64,000 nucleotides of DNA from an uncultured virus (IMG/VR IMGVR_UViG_3300025390_000006) (taxonomy: Duplodnaviria > Heunggongvirae > Uroviricota > Caudoviricetes). The stretch lies in the IMG/VR virus record IMGVR_UViG_3300025390_000006; one strand, 5' to 3'. This document shows, in pieces, positions 17,359-27,300 of the stretch (its first letter is position 1; each line of letters starts with the position of its first letter). The position numbers and the translations under genes were made by a program. The notes below the pieces were generated by a model. That model had not been told where the DNA came from and did no database searches. It saw nothing but the letters and a program-made list of their open reading frames with translations.

Positions 17359-17970
17359 ATGGCGAACACTTCAGCGCCCAATGGTTTCGTACTTGCAGGA
17401 TTTTTGGACGGGCGTACTGGTTCCCTTGGACAGTCGACGTATCAGATTCAGTCTGCTTATTCTTCAAACATCTTCTCTGGCGACCCCGTACAGCTTTCGG
17501 GCGGCTATGTAATTGCTGGCGCTGCTGGCACGACTGCCGTTCTTGGCGTATTTATTGGTTGCGAATATTACAATTCGTCGGTTAACCGCGTTGTTTGGTC
17601 GCCTTACTGGCCCGCCAGCACGACTGTCCCATCGGGAACGGTTATCAATGCTTATGTAATTGTCGACCCACAGGCTACGTTTAACGTTCAGTCTTCTGGT
17701 TCCGCAGCGGTTACTCAGGCTCAAGTCAACTCAAACATTGACTACGCTGGTAACTCACCTGCATCGCCAGCCGCTTACCAGCTTTTGACTGGTCAGTCGA
17801 CGGCCTATGCTAACCAAGCAAACATCAGCACGTCAACGACGTATGCTTTCCGCATCCTTTCGCTTGTCACTGCACCTCCCGGCGCAAACGGCACGGATAC
17901 GACGACTGCATACAATCGTATCATCGTTGCATTCAACAACCAGTCCTTCCGCCTGACGGCTGGGTCGTAA
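17359..17970 (+). CDS. Putative capsid decoration/cement protein
   Basis: Beta-rich; IFSGDPV..GVFIGCEY; immediately before the MCP. Confidence 0.65.
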   Translation: MANTSAPNGFVLAGFLDGRTGSLGQSTYQIQSAYSSNIFSGDPVQLSGGYVIAGAAGTTAVLGVFIGCEYYNSSVNRVVWSPYWPASTTVPSGTVINAYVIVDPQATFNVQSSGSAAVTQAQVNSNIDYAGNSPASPAAYQLLTGQSTAYANQANISTSTTYAFRILSLVTAPPGANGTDTTTAYNRIIVAFNNQSFRLTAGS

Positions 17971-17985
17971 TAGGAGTAAGTTCAA

Positions 17986-18903
17986 ATGGCTATTAATCTC
18001 AGTCAGATTCGTGACCTTCTCCTCCCCGGCCTCCGTGGAGTTGAAGGTAAATATTCTCAGATTCCATCCCAGTACGACAAGGTGTTCGAAATCACCAAGT
18101 CAAACATGGCTTTGGAACGCACCGCTGAAATGCGTTACCTTGGTCTTGCTCAGTTGAAGCAAGAAGGTGGTAACACTCAGTTTGATAACGCCGCTGGCGA
18201 ACGTTATGTCTATAACCAAGAGCATAACGAAATCGCCCTTGGCTACGCGATTACCCGTAAGGCAATCGACGACAACCTCTACAAGGCTCAGTTCAAGCCA
18301 ACCAACCTTGGCCTTACTGAATCTTTCCATCAGACCAAAGAAATCTACGCGGCTAACGTGCTTAACACGGCTACCACGTACAATGCTTCGATTGGTGCTG
18401 ACGGTGTGGCGCTTTGCTCCACGTCGCATCCTATCGATGGCGGTCTGACGATTGCTAATACCCCAACTGTACAGGTCGATCTGAACGAAGCAACCTTGCT
18501 TAACGCAATGGTTTCTATCCGCCAGAACTTCCGTGATATCGCTGGCATCAAGATCTTCGCCCGTGGTCGTAAGTTGATCGTTCCTCCTTCACTTGAACCA
18601 GTTGCTATTCGTCTTACGAAAACGCAGCTTCGTCCGGGTACGGCAGATAACGACACCAACGCGATCCTCTTTACGGGTGGCGGTCTGCCAGAAGGCTATA
18701 TGGTCATGGACTTCTTGACCTCCAACTATGCTTGGTTCCTCTTAACGAACATTAAGGGTCTGGTATATATGGAGCGCATTCCATTCGAAATGGACATGCA
18801 AGTCGATTTCACGACAGACAACCTTCTTGTTAAGGGCTATGAGCGTTATTCTCTGGGCTATTACAACTGGCGTTCTATCTACGGTTCGTTCCCAACATCG
18901 TAA
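17986..18903 (+). CDS. Major capsid protein
   Basis: LLPGL, ALGYAITRKAIDDNLY, KLIVPPSL, AWFLLT, GYERYSLG..WRSIYGS; codon usage of a highly expressed gene. Confidence 0.85.
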   Translation: MAINLSQIRDLLLPGLRGVEGKYSQIPSQYDKVFEITKSNMALERTAEMRYLGLAQLKQEGGNTQFDNAAGERYVYNQEHNEIALGYAITRKAIDDNLYKAQFKPTNLGLTESFHQTKEIYAANVLNTATTYNASIGADGVALCSTSHPIDGGLTIANTPTVQVDLNEATLLNAMVSIRQNFRDIAGIKIFARGRKLIVPPSLEPVAIRLTKTQLRPGTADNDTNAILFTGGGLPEGYMVMDFLTSNYAWFLLTNIKGLVYMERIPFEMDMQVDFTTDNLLVKGYERYSLGYYNWRSIYGSFPTS

Positions 18904-18915
18904 GGAGAAGGCACT

Positions 18916-20145
18916 ATGGCTGATACCGCATTCTCCGGTCCAATTATTGTATTTGGGCAATCGCCCTATACGGGATCAGAATATAATCCTGACTTAGGCT
19001 CTTCGCTATTTTATGCGGGGGGCGGCATCCTTGATCCGCGCACTCCTTTTACTTACATTCCCGGTGAGTCACAGGCAGCGCAGGATTTTGGGTGGTACGG
19101 CTTCAGTGACATTGTTTCGTTCACTGGCGTCCCATACACAAACGCAGCGGCAGCAATTGTTGCCTCTGCAAACGCAACAAGCGCAACTCTTACGCTTGTT
19201 TCCACTAACTCCGCGACCACTGGCGTCTATTATTCAACGAACTTTGTTCGTTCGGATACGGGCGTTACGGATACGGTTCTTGCTCTTGATGCTTACGCTT
19301 CAGTCACCGCTTCGGCAACGAACGGCGTTCTGACGGTTACGGCAAACAGCGGCATGCCAATCGGACCCGGCATGGTTCTCCTTTCATCGTCTACGACGGT
19401 AACAGGCGGAACTCTTGGTGCATCTTCTGGTGTGTATATTGGCTCCCAATTGACCACGACCGGAACTTCATCAACGGTTGGTAACGGACAAACTGGTACT
19501 TATCAGCTTAGTCAGAACGTGACTTTCACGTCTGGAACAGTCACTTTGGCTTATCCAAACGTGCAACAGTGCGCTATTCCAACAAACATCCAGACTCCTT
19601 CAATCTGGTTGTGGAATCCAATGGCTATGGTTGGCCGCGCAGTAAGTGTTACTGCGGCAGCAAGTGCTACTGCTACAACCGCGACTGTTAACGGCTACGA
19701 TGTCTACGGATATCCAATGTCGGAAAACATTACGATTTCGGCAGGTAACGCTGTTAACGGTAAGAAAGCATTTAAGTACATCAAGAGTGTTGTTCTTAAC
19801 GCTGCTGATGCTACACATGCCTATTCCGTTGGTACAACCGCAATTGTTGGCCTTCCTGTTCGTTCGGATACGGCTGCTGAAGTTGTAGTAAATTCTGGTA
19901 ACTCTCAGACTGCTTTGAGTGTTAACACGGGTTTTGCTGCAAACGGCTTCTTACCTGCTGACCGTACTACACCGTCCGCAACAACGGGCGATGTCCGTGG
20001 CACGATTGACCTTGCGAATGCGTCGGGTGTCAATCTTACGCCTTCCACTGGCACGAACAAGTATTCGTTCCGCCAGATTCCGCAAGCCTACAATGTTCAG
20101 TCTGCAACTGGCTTGTTTGGTTTAACCCAGTATTACAACTTTTAA
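18916..20145 (+). CDS. Virion structural protein (Thr/Ala/Gly-rich)
   Basis: Directly after the MCP; GYDVYGYPMSENIT..GKKAFKYI. Confidence 0.65.
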   Translation: MADTAFSGPIIVFGQSPYTGSEYNPDLGSSLFYAGGGILDPRTPFTYIPGESQAAQDFGWYGFSDIVSFTGVPYTNAAAAIVASANATSATLTLVSTNSATTGVYYSTNFVRSDTGVTDTVLALDAYASVTASATNGVLTVTANSGMPIGPGMVLLSSSTTVTGGTLGASSGVYIGSQLTTTGTSSTVGNGQTGTYQLSQNVTFTSGTVTLAYPNVQQCAIPTNIQTPSIWLWNPMAMVGRAVSVTAAASATATTATVNGYDVYGYPMSENITISAGNAVNGKKAFKYIKSVVLNAADATHAYSVGTTAIVGLPVRSDTAAEVVVNSGNSQTALSVNTGFAANGFLPADRTTPSATTGDVRGTIDLANASGVNLTPSTGTNKYSFRQIPQAYNVQSATGLFGLTQYYNF

Positions 20146-20155
20146 GGAGTAACCC

Positions 20156-20572
20156 ATGAAGCATCATTCTGAACATCATGGTCACCATGCTCATGGCGGT
20201 CATGCTCATCACATGGTTAAGAAGCATTCTATGCATACGATGAAACGTGCTGCCCACAAAAAGGGCGGCGCTGTCGAATCGCCAATGCATGGTCAAGTAG
20301 ACAAAGACGAAACCCCACATGACGTTTACGCAGGTGCAAATTCTCCTACGGTACACGAAGCCAAGGAAAAGCATGCAGCCCGTAAACGCGGTGGCCGCAC
20401 TCACAAGGCGCATAAGCACCTTGAAATGCATGGTCACCATGCTCATCACCGTCTTGACCGCCCTGCCCGTAAGTCGGGTGGTGCAGTTGGCGGCGCTGAG
20501 ATGCGTCCTTTCTCCGCAGCCAACAAGGTTAAGACCCCTGCTGGCCGCATGGTGGAGCCGGGGGAGTCGTAA
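20156..20572 (+). CDS. His/Lys-rich small protein with xxGGx motifs
   Basis: SD AAGGAG; His-rich; three GG motifs. Confidence 0.75.
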   Translation: MKHHSEHHGHHAHGGHAHHMVKKHSMHTMKRAAHKKGGAVESPMHGQVDKDETPHDVYAGANSPTVHEAKEKHAARKRGGRTHKAHKHLEMHGHHAHHRLDRPARKSGGAVGGAEMRPFSAANKVKTPAGRMVEPGES

Positions 20573-20772
20573 GCCGTCAGCATCATGCTGATGGCGGTGC
20601 TACGAAGTGGATTCAGGGTGCTATCAAGCATCCCGGTGCGCTTCATCGGCAGCTTCACGTCCCGGCTGGGGAGAAAATCCCCGCCAAAAAGTTAGCTAAA
20701 GCGGCGCATAGCGATAACCCTACTCTTGCTAAACGCGCCAGACTGGCTCAGACGTTGAAGAAAATGCACTAA
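20560..20772 (+). CDS. Start-less -1 frame ORF (..HHADGGATKWIQGAIKHPGAL..KRARLAQTLKKMH), candidate frameshift extension
   Basis: Frame +1 is open 20533-20772 with no ATG/GTG/TTG before 20755; G GGG GAG heptamer and downstream hairpin. Confidence 0.6.
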   Translation, partial: GGVVSRQHHADGGATKWIQGAIKHPGALHRQLHVPAGEKIPAKKLAKAAHSDNPTLAKRARLAQTLKKMH

Positions 20773-20775
20773 TTG

Positions 20776-20803
20776 AGGGGGGCTGCGGCCCCCTTCTTTC
20801 TTC
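20776..20803 (+). terminator. Intrinsic terminator
   Basis: GGGGGC-TGCG-GCCCCT followed by TCTTTCTT. Confidence 0.6.
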
Positions 20804-20813
20804 GGAGGTTTTT

Positions 20814-21059
20814 ATGACTGCTGCATGGACAAGATCTGAAGGTAAATCACCCTCTGGCGGGTTAAACGCTAAGGGTCGTTCTTCGTATCATTCTGAAACG
20901 GGCGGCACATTGAAAGCCCCCACCAAAGATACGCATAATTCCCGCCATAAGTCATTCTGTGCGCGGATGGAAGGGATGCGTTCCAAACTGACAAATCACA
21001 AAAACGCGCATGATCCAGAAAGCCGGATCAATAAGTCGCTTCGGAAATGGGGTTGCTAA
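20814..21059 (+). CDS. Small basic conserved phage protein
   Basis: AWTRSEGK..GGLNAKGR..SFCARM..RINKSLRKWGC; SD GGAGG. Confidence 0.75.
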   Translation: MTAAWTRSEGKSPSGGLNAKGRSSYHSETGGTLKAPTKDTHNSRHKSFCARMEGMRSKLTNHKNAHDPESRINKSLRKWGC

Positions 21060-21060
21060 A

Positions 21061-21141
21061 ATGGTTGTAGGTTTATCATTTGGTGAAATTGTTAATGTTG
21101 CCCTTTCCGGCATAATTCTTATTCTTTTGGTGAGGAAATAA
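21061..21141 (+). CDS. 26-aa single-TM micropeptide (MVVGLSFGEIVNVALSGIILILLVRK)
   Basis: Fills the gap; TAATG overlap with the next gene. Confidence 0.5.
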   Translation: MVVGLSFGEIVNVALSGIILILLVRK

Positions 21142-21305
21142 TGGCTAAGACACCTTTTTGGGAGCATCCCGCTGAGAAAGATGCTCATCATAAACACCTC
21201 ACCGCAAAACAAAAATCAACCGCAAAAGCACATGCAAGGGCGGCTGGCCGTCCTTATCCAAATTTGGTGGATAATGCAGCAGTTGCACGTAAAAAAGGTA
21301 AATAA
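21141..21305 (+). CDS. 54-aa basic protein (..AGRPYPNLVDN..)
   Basis: SD GAGG; coupled start; below the ORF-track cutoff. Confidence 0.7.
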   Translation: MAKTPFWEHPAEKDAHHKHLTAKQKSTAKAHARAAGRPYPNLVDNAAVARKKGK

Positions 21306-21307
21306 TT

Positions 21308-22105
21308 ATGACCAGCCAAGCTTTTGTAATTAACGATTCCGTCACTAAACGTGGTTATTATGAACCATTTGAGTTGCAGGTTTCCCGCAATCAAATTACG
21401 GGCCATACGCCCACCAATATTTTTGGTTATGGCACGACCCCCGCAACGGCTGGGTTATTTCGCACCGTTTGGGAGAATATGGGATCAACAGAATATGTGT
21501 TTCCGTCTTCCGCTGTGACAATGAACCTTGTTAGTACGGTGAATACCGATACCGCAACGATTACCATTGTTGGTTTGGATGCTAATTACAATGTGCTTAC
21601 CGAAAATCTTGTTTTAAATGGCACAACCAATGTGCCAACGGTAAACCAGTATTTCCGCATCAATAATATGTTTGTTTCCGTTGGAAGTACGACTAATCCA
21701 TCCGGTGTCATAACACTAATCAACGGCGGTGTAACGTATGCCCAGATCAATACGGGCGTATTTAACGGAACAACATCAAGCCTTGGCGCATCTCAACAGG
21801 CTGTATATACGGTTCCCGCAGGTTACACATTTTACGGTTATCGTTATGGCGCTTATTCTTCGTTCAACGGAAACAGCGCAAACTATACAACGTATCGGGC
21901 AATTACCAATTCATCGTCAGGCGTTCAAAAGCTAATTGTAACTACACCATTCAACACAACATATGAAGTACAACGCCATTTCCCATTTGCTTATGCGGAA
22001 AAAACCGATTTGCGCTTCCAAATTGCATCAAGCGCTGCGGCGGCGGCAGTTGTGAGCATCAATATTGGCGGTGTTTTAATAGCAAACGACGGTACTATCT
22101 TCTAA
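21308..22105 (+). CDS. Virion structural protein
   Basis: Beta-rich; ITIVGLDANY, YTVPAGYT. Confidence 0.6.
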   Translation: MTSQAFVINDSVTKRGYYEPFELQVSRNQITGHTPTNIFGYGTTPATAGLFRTVWENMGSTEYVFPSSAVTMNLVSTVNTDTATITIVGLDANYNVLTENLVLNGTTNVPTVNQYFRINNMFVSVGSTTNPSGVITLINGGVTYAQINTGVFNGTTSSLGASQQAVYTVPAGYTFYGYRYGAYSSFNGNSANYTTYRAITNSSSGVQKLIVTTPFNTTYEVQRHFPFAYAEKTDLRFQIASSAAAAAVVSINIGGVLIANDGTIF

Positions 22106-22114
22106 GGATAGCAA

Positions 22115-23038
22115 ATGACCAGTTCGGGTACGTACAACTTCCAACCCAGCTTAGGTGAGTTAGTCCTCAATGCGTTTTCGCGTTGCGGAATCCGCCGTAC
22201 TTCGCTTCTGCAAGAGCATTTTGCAGACGCTACGATGGAAACCAACCTTATGTTGGCGTCTTGGGCTAACCAAGGCGTCAATCTGTGGGAAGTGGATCTT
22301 ATATCCGTACCTCTTGTTCAAGGCGTAACAACCTATTCGGCGGCCCCTATAGATAATATTACCGCCATTTCCGGCACTGGTACAACCGCTACTCTTACTT
22401 ATAGCAGTACCAATACGTATCCCGTTGGCTCTCCAATTACTGTGGCGGGCATGACCCCTACTGGGTACAATGGTACGTATGTTGTTACCGCATCTACATC
22501 TACGACTGTGTCTTATGCAAATTCCACAACGGGTAGCTTGACTGTGGCGGGTACTGTTACGGGCGATGCACGTCCAACAGTTATGGTTTTGGATGCGTTT
22601 ATTCGATACAATAGCGGCACTTCTTCGCAGTTTGACCGCGTTATTATGCCTATTTCGCGCACAGAATACTCCCAAACGCCAAATAAATTGCTTCAATCGC
22701 CGCCAACAGTGTTCTGGTTTGACCGTTTAATTAGCCCAACGATCACCGTTTGGCCTGTTCCAGACCAGACTGGTTACTATACGTTAAACTATTACAGGGT
22801 TCATCAGATCCAAGATGCAAATCTAACGGGCGGCCAAACGGTTGACATTCCGTATCGTTGGCTGGATGCGATGGCCTCTGGATTAGCGGCACGGTTATCC
22901 GCTATTTATGCCCCTGACAGGCTCCAATTATTGGAAGCTAAGGCGGAACAGGCGTATACGATAGCCGCTACGCAGGATACGGAAAACGTCCCACTTTATA
23001 TTATGCCTGGATTAGCGGGATATTTTAGGGTTTCTTAA
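22115..23038 (+). CDS. Putative head-tail adaptor with an inserted beta domain
   Basis: WANQGVNLW, ISRTEY..PNK, VWPVPD, DIPYRWLDA..GLA. Confidence 0.65.
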   Translation: MTSSGTYNFQPSLGELVLNAFSRCGIRRTSLLQEHFADATMETNLMLASWANQGVNLWEVDLISVPLVQGVTTYSAAPIDNITAISGTGTTATLTYSSTNTYPVGSPITVAGMTPTGYNGTYVVTASTSTTVSYANSTTGSLTVAGTVTGDARPTVMVLDAFIRYNSGTSSQFDRVIMPISRTEYSQTPNKLLQSPPTVFWFDRLISPTITVWPVPDQTGYYTLNYYRVHQIQDANLTGGQTVDIPYRWLDAMASGLAARLSAIYAPDRLQLLEAKAEQAYTIAATQDTENVPLYIMPGLAGYFRVS

Positions 23039-23040
23039 CA

Positions 23041-23640
23041 ATGGCTTACATAGTTTACGTAGCGACAAACATTGTAAACGGGAACCGCTATATTGGCGTT
23101 ACATCCCGTGGTTTGTCATATCGTAAATCCAATCATTATTCTAAGGCAAGGGCCAAATTTTCAAATGGCGGAAGTTGCCCTAAGTTTCATGCAGCAATTC
23201 GCAAATATGGTGAAGACGCTTTTTCATGGGAAATATTAGAAATCCATGCAAATATTGATGACATGATAGCAGCAGAAATTCGACTTATTGCTGAATTAAA
23301 ACCTGAATACAATTTGGCCGCTGGCGGAGAAGGTGCAAAAGGTATTAAGCACACAGAAGAAACTAAACGTTTACTTTCTGAACAAAAAAAGGGCAAAATT
23401 GTTTCCGCAGAAAGACGGGAACAAATGAGAAAAACGGCTCAAAAAACAAACACGACCCCCGAATATCGCGCAAAAATGTCTGCTGTCCAAAAAGGTAAAC
23501 GCAAAACACCTGAATGGCGGGCCAAAATATCTGCTGCCCATAAAGGCAAAAAGAAACCACGTACCCCAGAACATCAAGCCAAAATTACTGCTGCTCTTCG
23601 TGAAACTCATGCACAAAGGCGGATGGAGGCTTTGCACTAA
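23041..23640 (+). CDS. GIY-YIG homing endonuclease with NUMOD3-like repeats
   Basis: YIVY..NGNRYIGVT, KYGEDAF, YNLAAGG, HTEETKRLLS / RAKISAAHKGK. Confidence 0.88.
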   Translation: MAYIVYVATNIVNGNRYIGVTSRGLSYRKSNHYSKARAKFSNGGSCPKFHAAIRKYGEDAFSWEILEIHANIDDMIAAEIRLIAELKPEYNLAAGGEGAKGIKHTEETKRLLSEQKKGKIVSAERREQMRKTAQKTNTTPEYRAKMSAVQKGKRKTPEWRAKISAAHKGKKKPRTPEHQAKITAALRETHAQRRMEALH

Positions 23641-24368
23641 TGGCTTATCGTCCCCACGGCCATGCATATGCGAATCCTAACTCCCCCTCCGCATGGGGGC
23701 GGTGCGACCGTTGCGGGTTTATTTACAACCATAAGACCCTGCGTTTTCAATTTGATTACCGTGGTCCGCAATTGCAGAACCTGCGATTTTTGGTGTGCGA
23801 AAAATGCTATGACAAGCCTCAGGCTCAGTTAAAACCAATTATGGTCAGTCAAGACCCGATTCCAATTATGAATGCCCGTCCTGATTCGTATGATTACTAC
23901 AATACAAGCAATTTGGCGGAACCCGGCTTTACCATTAACACCGCCACTGGCATTCCCGTCCCCAATAATGTTGATCTGATTACGGAAGATGGGCAAACTT
24001 TAACCGCGCAGCCCATTGGCAAGCCCGCAGATCTTGATCCTAATGCGTTAATGCCGTTAATCAACCAGACGCAATACGATATTCTATTACCCGTGCTATC
24101 AATTACCGCTGATGGTTCCACTACCGTTACCGTGACGACATCCGCCGCAAATAACCTCTCAACTGGCAGCCAAATATCGGTTACGGGGACAACAAACAAC
24201 AACGCTATGGGTATGTACAGTGTAACCGTTTTATCGGCGGTTTCTTTTACATATCAAGCTAATTCTGCTATACCTTCAGGTGGACTTTTGGGTCCAAATA
24301 CACGTATAGTAACTGCGTCCGTTGGTATTCCGCCGCAATATACACAAATCGTTCAAACAGGTGCGTAA
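23640..24368 (+). CDS. Virion-cluster protein with N-terminal CxxC..CxxC
   Basis: CDRCGF..VCEKCYD..DPIPIMNARPD. Confidence 0.65.
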   Translation: MAYRPHGHAYANPNSPSAWGRCDRCGFIYNHKTLRFQFDYRGPQLQNLRFLVCEKCYDKPQAQLKPIMVSQDPIPIMNARPDSYDYYNTSNLAEPGFTINTATGIPVPNNVDLITEDGQTLTAQPIGKPADLDPNALMPLINQTQYDILLPVLSITADGSTTVTVTTSAANNLSTGSQISVTGTTNNNAMGMYSVTVLSAVSFTYQANSAIPSGGLLGPNTRIVTASVGIPPQYTQIVQTGA

Positions 24369-27300
24369 ATGTCAAATATTTCCATTTCAAACCTGCCATC
24401 AACTACAGCGGCGACCGCAAACAATCAAATTCCTGCGGTGCAAAACGGGACGACCGTTTACCTTACGGTAGGGCAAATCGCGCAATATACCCAACAAACT
24501 TACCCAAATAATGGTATTACATCTATTACGGTGCAATCTCCGCTTTCCGGTGGGACGATTACGTCTACGGGGACAATTGGATTGCCAACGGGTTCGCTAT
24601 CCAATTCTTACTTAGCGAACATGCCCGCCAATACCATCAAAGGCAACAATACGGGGGTTTCTTCTGCCCCAACAGATTTAACTGTAGCTCAGACAATGAG
24701 TCTATTGGGGGCGGCACCGTTAGCTTCCCCCGCATTTACTGGGGTTCCTACGGCTCCAACTCCTGCAACCAGCGATTCAAGCACGACGTTAGCAACGACT
24801 GCCTACGTTAAAGCACAGGGATTTGGTGGTGGTAGTGTTACATCAATTACGGCGGGAACGGGTTTGTCCGGCGGTACGATTACAACCTCCGGTACCATTG
24901 CAATTTCCAGCACGGGCGTTACGGCGGGAACTTATGGTTCCGCATCGGTTGTTCCTCAATTTACCGTCAATGCCCAAGGTCAAATTACTTCCGCGTCAAA
25001 TGTTAACATTTTGATTCCATCGGGTCAGGTCACTGGCCTTGGAACAATGGCGACGCAAAATGCGAACTCCGTTGCAATTACGGGCGGTTCAATTAACCAG
25101 ACGACAATTGGCGCATCAACTCCAAGTTCTGGTTCTTTTACAAACCTCACCGCCAATGGAACAACCAATTTAGCAACGATTGCTACTGGTACGTGGAATG
25201 GAACCGCTATTTCTATTGGGTATGGTGGTACAGGCGCAACAACTGCTCCGGGGGCAAGAACGGCTCTTGGTGTAGCCTCTTCTGGCGCGAATAGCGACAT
25301 TACAAGTATAACGGGGCTAACCACACCACTGGCGGAAACACAGGGCGGTACGGGTTATGGGTCGTATACGACAGGTGATTTGCTTTATGCTTCATCATCT
25401 TCCACCTTGGCCCGTCTTAATGACGTGGCTACTGGCAATGCACTTATTTCTGGCGGAGTCGGTGTTGCTCCGTCTTGGGGTAAAATTGGTCTTACTACGC
25501 ATGTAAGTGGGACGTTGGGTACCGCAAATGGCGGTACTGGCTTAACATCATTTACGTCTGGAGGTGCATTATATGCCACCTCTACGTCAGCTTTAACATC
25601 CGGCACGTTGCCTGTAACGGCGGGGGGAACTGGGGTTACAACCTCTACGGGTACTGGTTCAGTAGTGTTGTCAAATTCGCCAACGCTTGTAACGCCAGCC
25701 CTTGGAACCCCATCTGCTGCGGTTTTGACAAATGCTACGGGATTACCTTTAACAACTGGCGTAACGGGTACGCTTCCTGTTTCCAATGGTGGTACTGGGG
25801 CTACAACCTTAACGGGCTATCTTGTTGGTAACGGAACAAGTGCGTTTACCGCTGTTTCTACTATTCCAAATGCTGGGTTGACCAATTCCTCCATTACGAT
25901 TGGTTCTACCGCAATATCCCTTGGCGGCAGTACTTCTACAATTTCTGGTTTGACAACGCTTACTTTGACGCAGGACCCAACGTCCGCCTTGCAAGCTTCG
26001 ACAAAACAATATGTCGACAACACAGTTTCAACGGTTGCCAATACGACGTATCACACCGCCTCTGGTTATGCGACTACCGCAGACCTTGGTACGGTAACAT
26101 ACAATAATGGTACAGCAGGTGTTGGCGCTACAATTACCAATGCGGGTACTCAGGCAGCGTTAACCATTGATGGTTATACATTTACCGCGACTGACGTTAC
26201 TAATTCGACCCGCGTTTTGGTTAAAAACCAATCAAGTGGTTTGCAAAACGGTATTTATGTCGTTACAAACCAAGGTTCTGGTTCAACTAACTGGGTATTA
26301 ACCCGTTCTACCGATTTTAACGCAGTTGGAACAGGGCCTAATTTCATTGAAACTGGCGCTGCTGTTTACGTCAGCAATGGCACGACAAACGGCGCAACTT
26401 CTTGGACCATGACGACGACTGGTACAATTACCGTTGGTTCAACCGCATTGGTTTGGTCGCAAATTTCTTCTTCCGGCAACATTCAAGTTTCTGCCCCTAT
26501 TACCAAAACGGGTAATACAATTGGCCTTGGAACGGTTGGCGTTGGAAATGGTGGAACAGGTTTAACTACGCTAACCGCGTATGGATTGTTATATGCCCCA
26601 AGCACGTCCTCTGTTGGTCAGATTTCCCCATCTGCAACAACTGGGTATGCGCTTCTTTCCAACGGTTCATCCGCCGCAGCTTCGTTTGGTCAAGTATCTC
26701 TTACAGCGGGCGTAACCGGAACATTACCAACCGCCAATGGTGGGACTAACCTTACGACCTTTACGGCGGCAAATAACGCTATTTATTCAACATCCGCATC
26801 CGCATTAACGGCGGGTACACTTCCTGTTCTTGCTGGCGGTACGGGCGTCACAACCTCAACTGGCACAGGATCTGTTGTTCTTTCAACGTCTCCAACGCTT
26901 GTTACCCCCGCCCTTGGTACGCCATCTGCCGCTGTTTTGACCAATGCAACTGGTCTTCCATTAACTACGGGCGTAACTGGAACGTTGGGCGTTACAAATG
27001 GCGGAACGGGTACAACAACAACGTTTACTGCGGGTTCGGTTGTATTTTCGGGCGCTTCAGGTGTCTATTCTCAAAATAACTCAAAGTTTTTCTGGGATAA
27101 CACCAATTTCCGCCTTGGTTTAAATACCGTTGCTCCAAATACAACATTAACAGTTTTATCAAATAGTCAAACCGCTACGCCCCCAACAACGGGCCTACCA
27201 GCGGGTACTGACATATATATTATGGGCGCTAATGCCGCCAATACCCGTATTACGCAGGACGCATACGGCACAGGTGCTTATGGTGTATATACAGCACGTT

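Noticed and set aside
25600..27000. Internal duplications in the long fibre gene as a diversification system
   Set aside because: Ordinary diverged structural repeats of fibre proteins.
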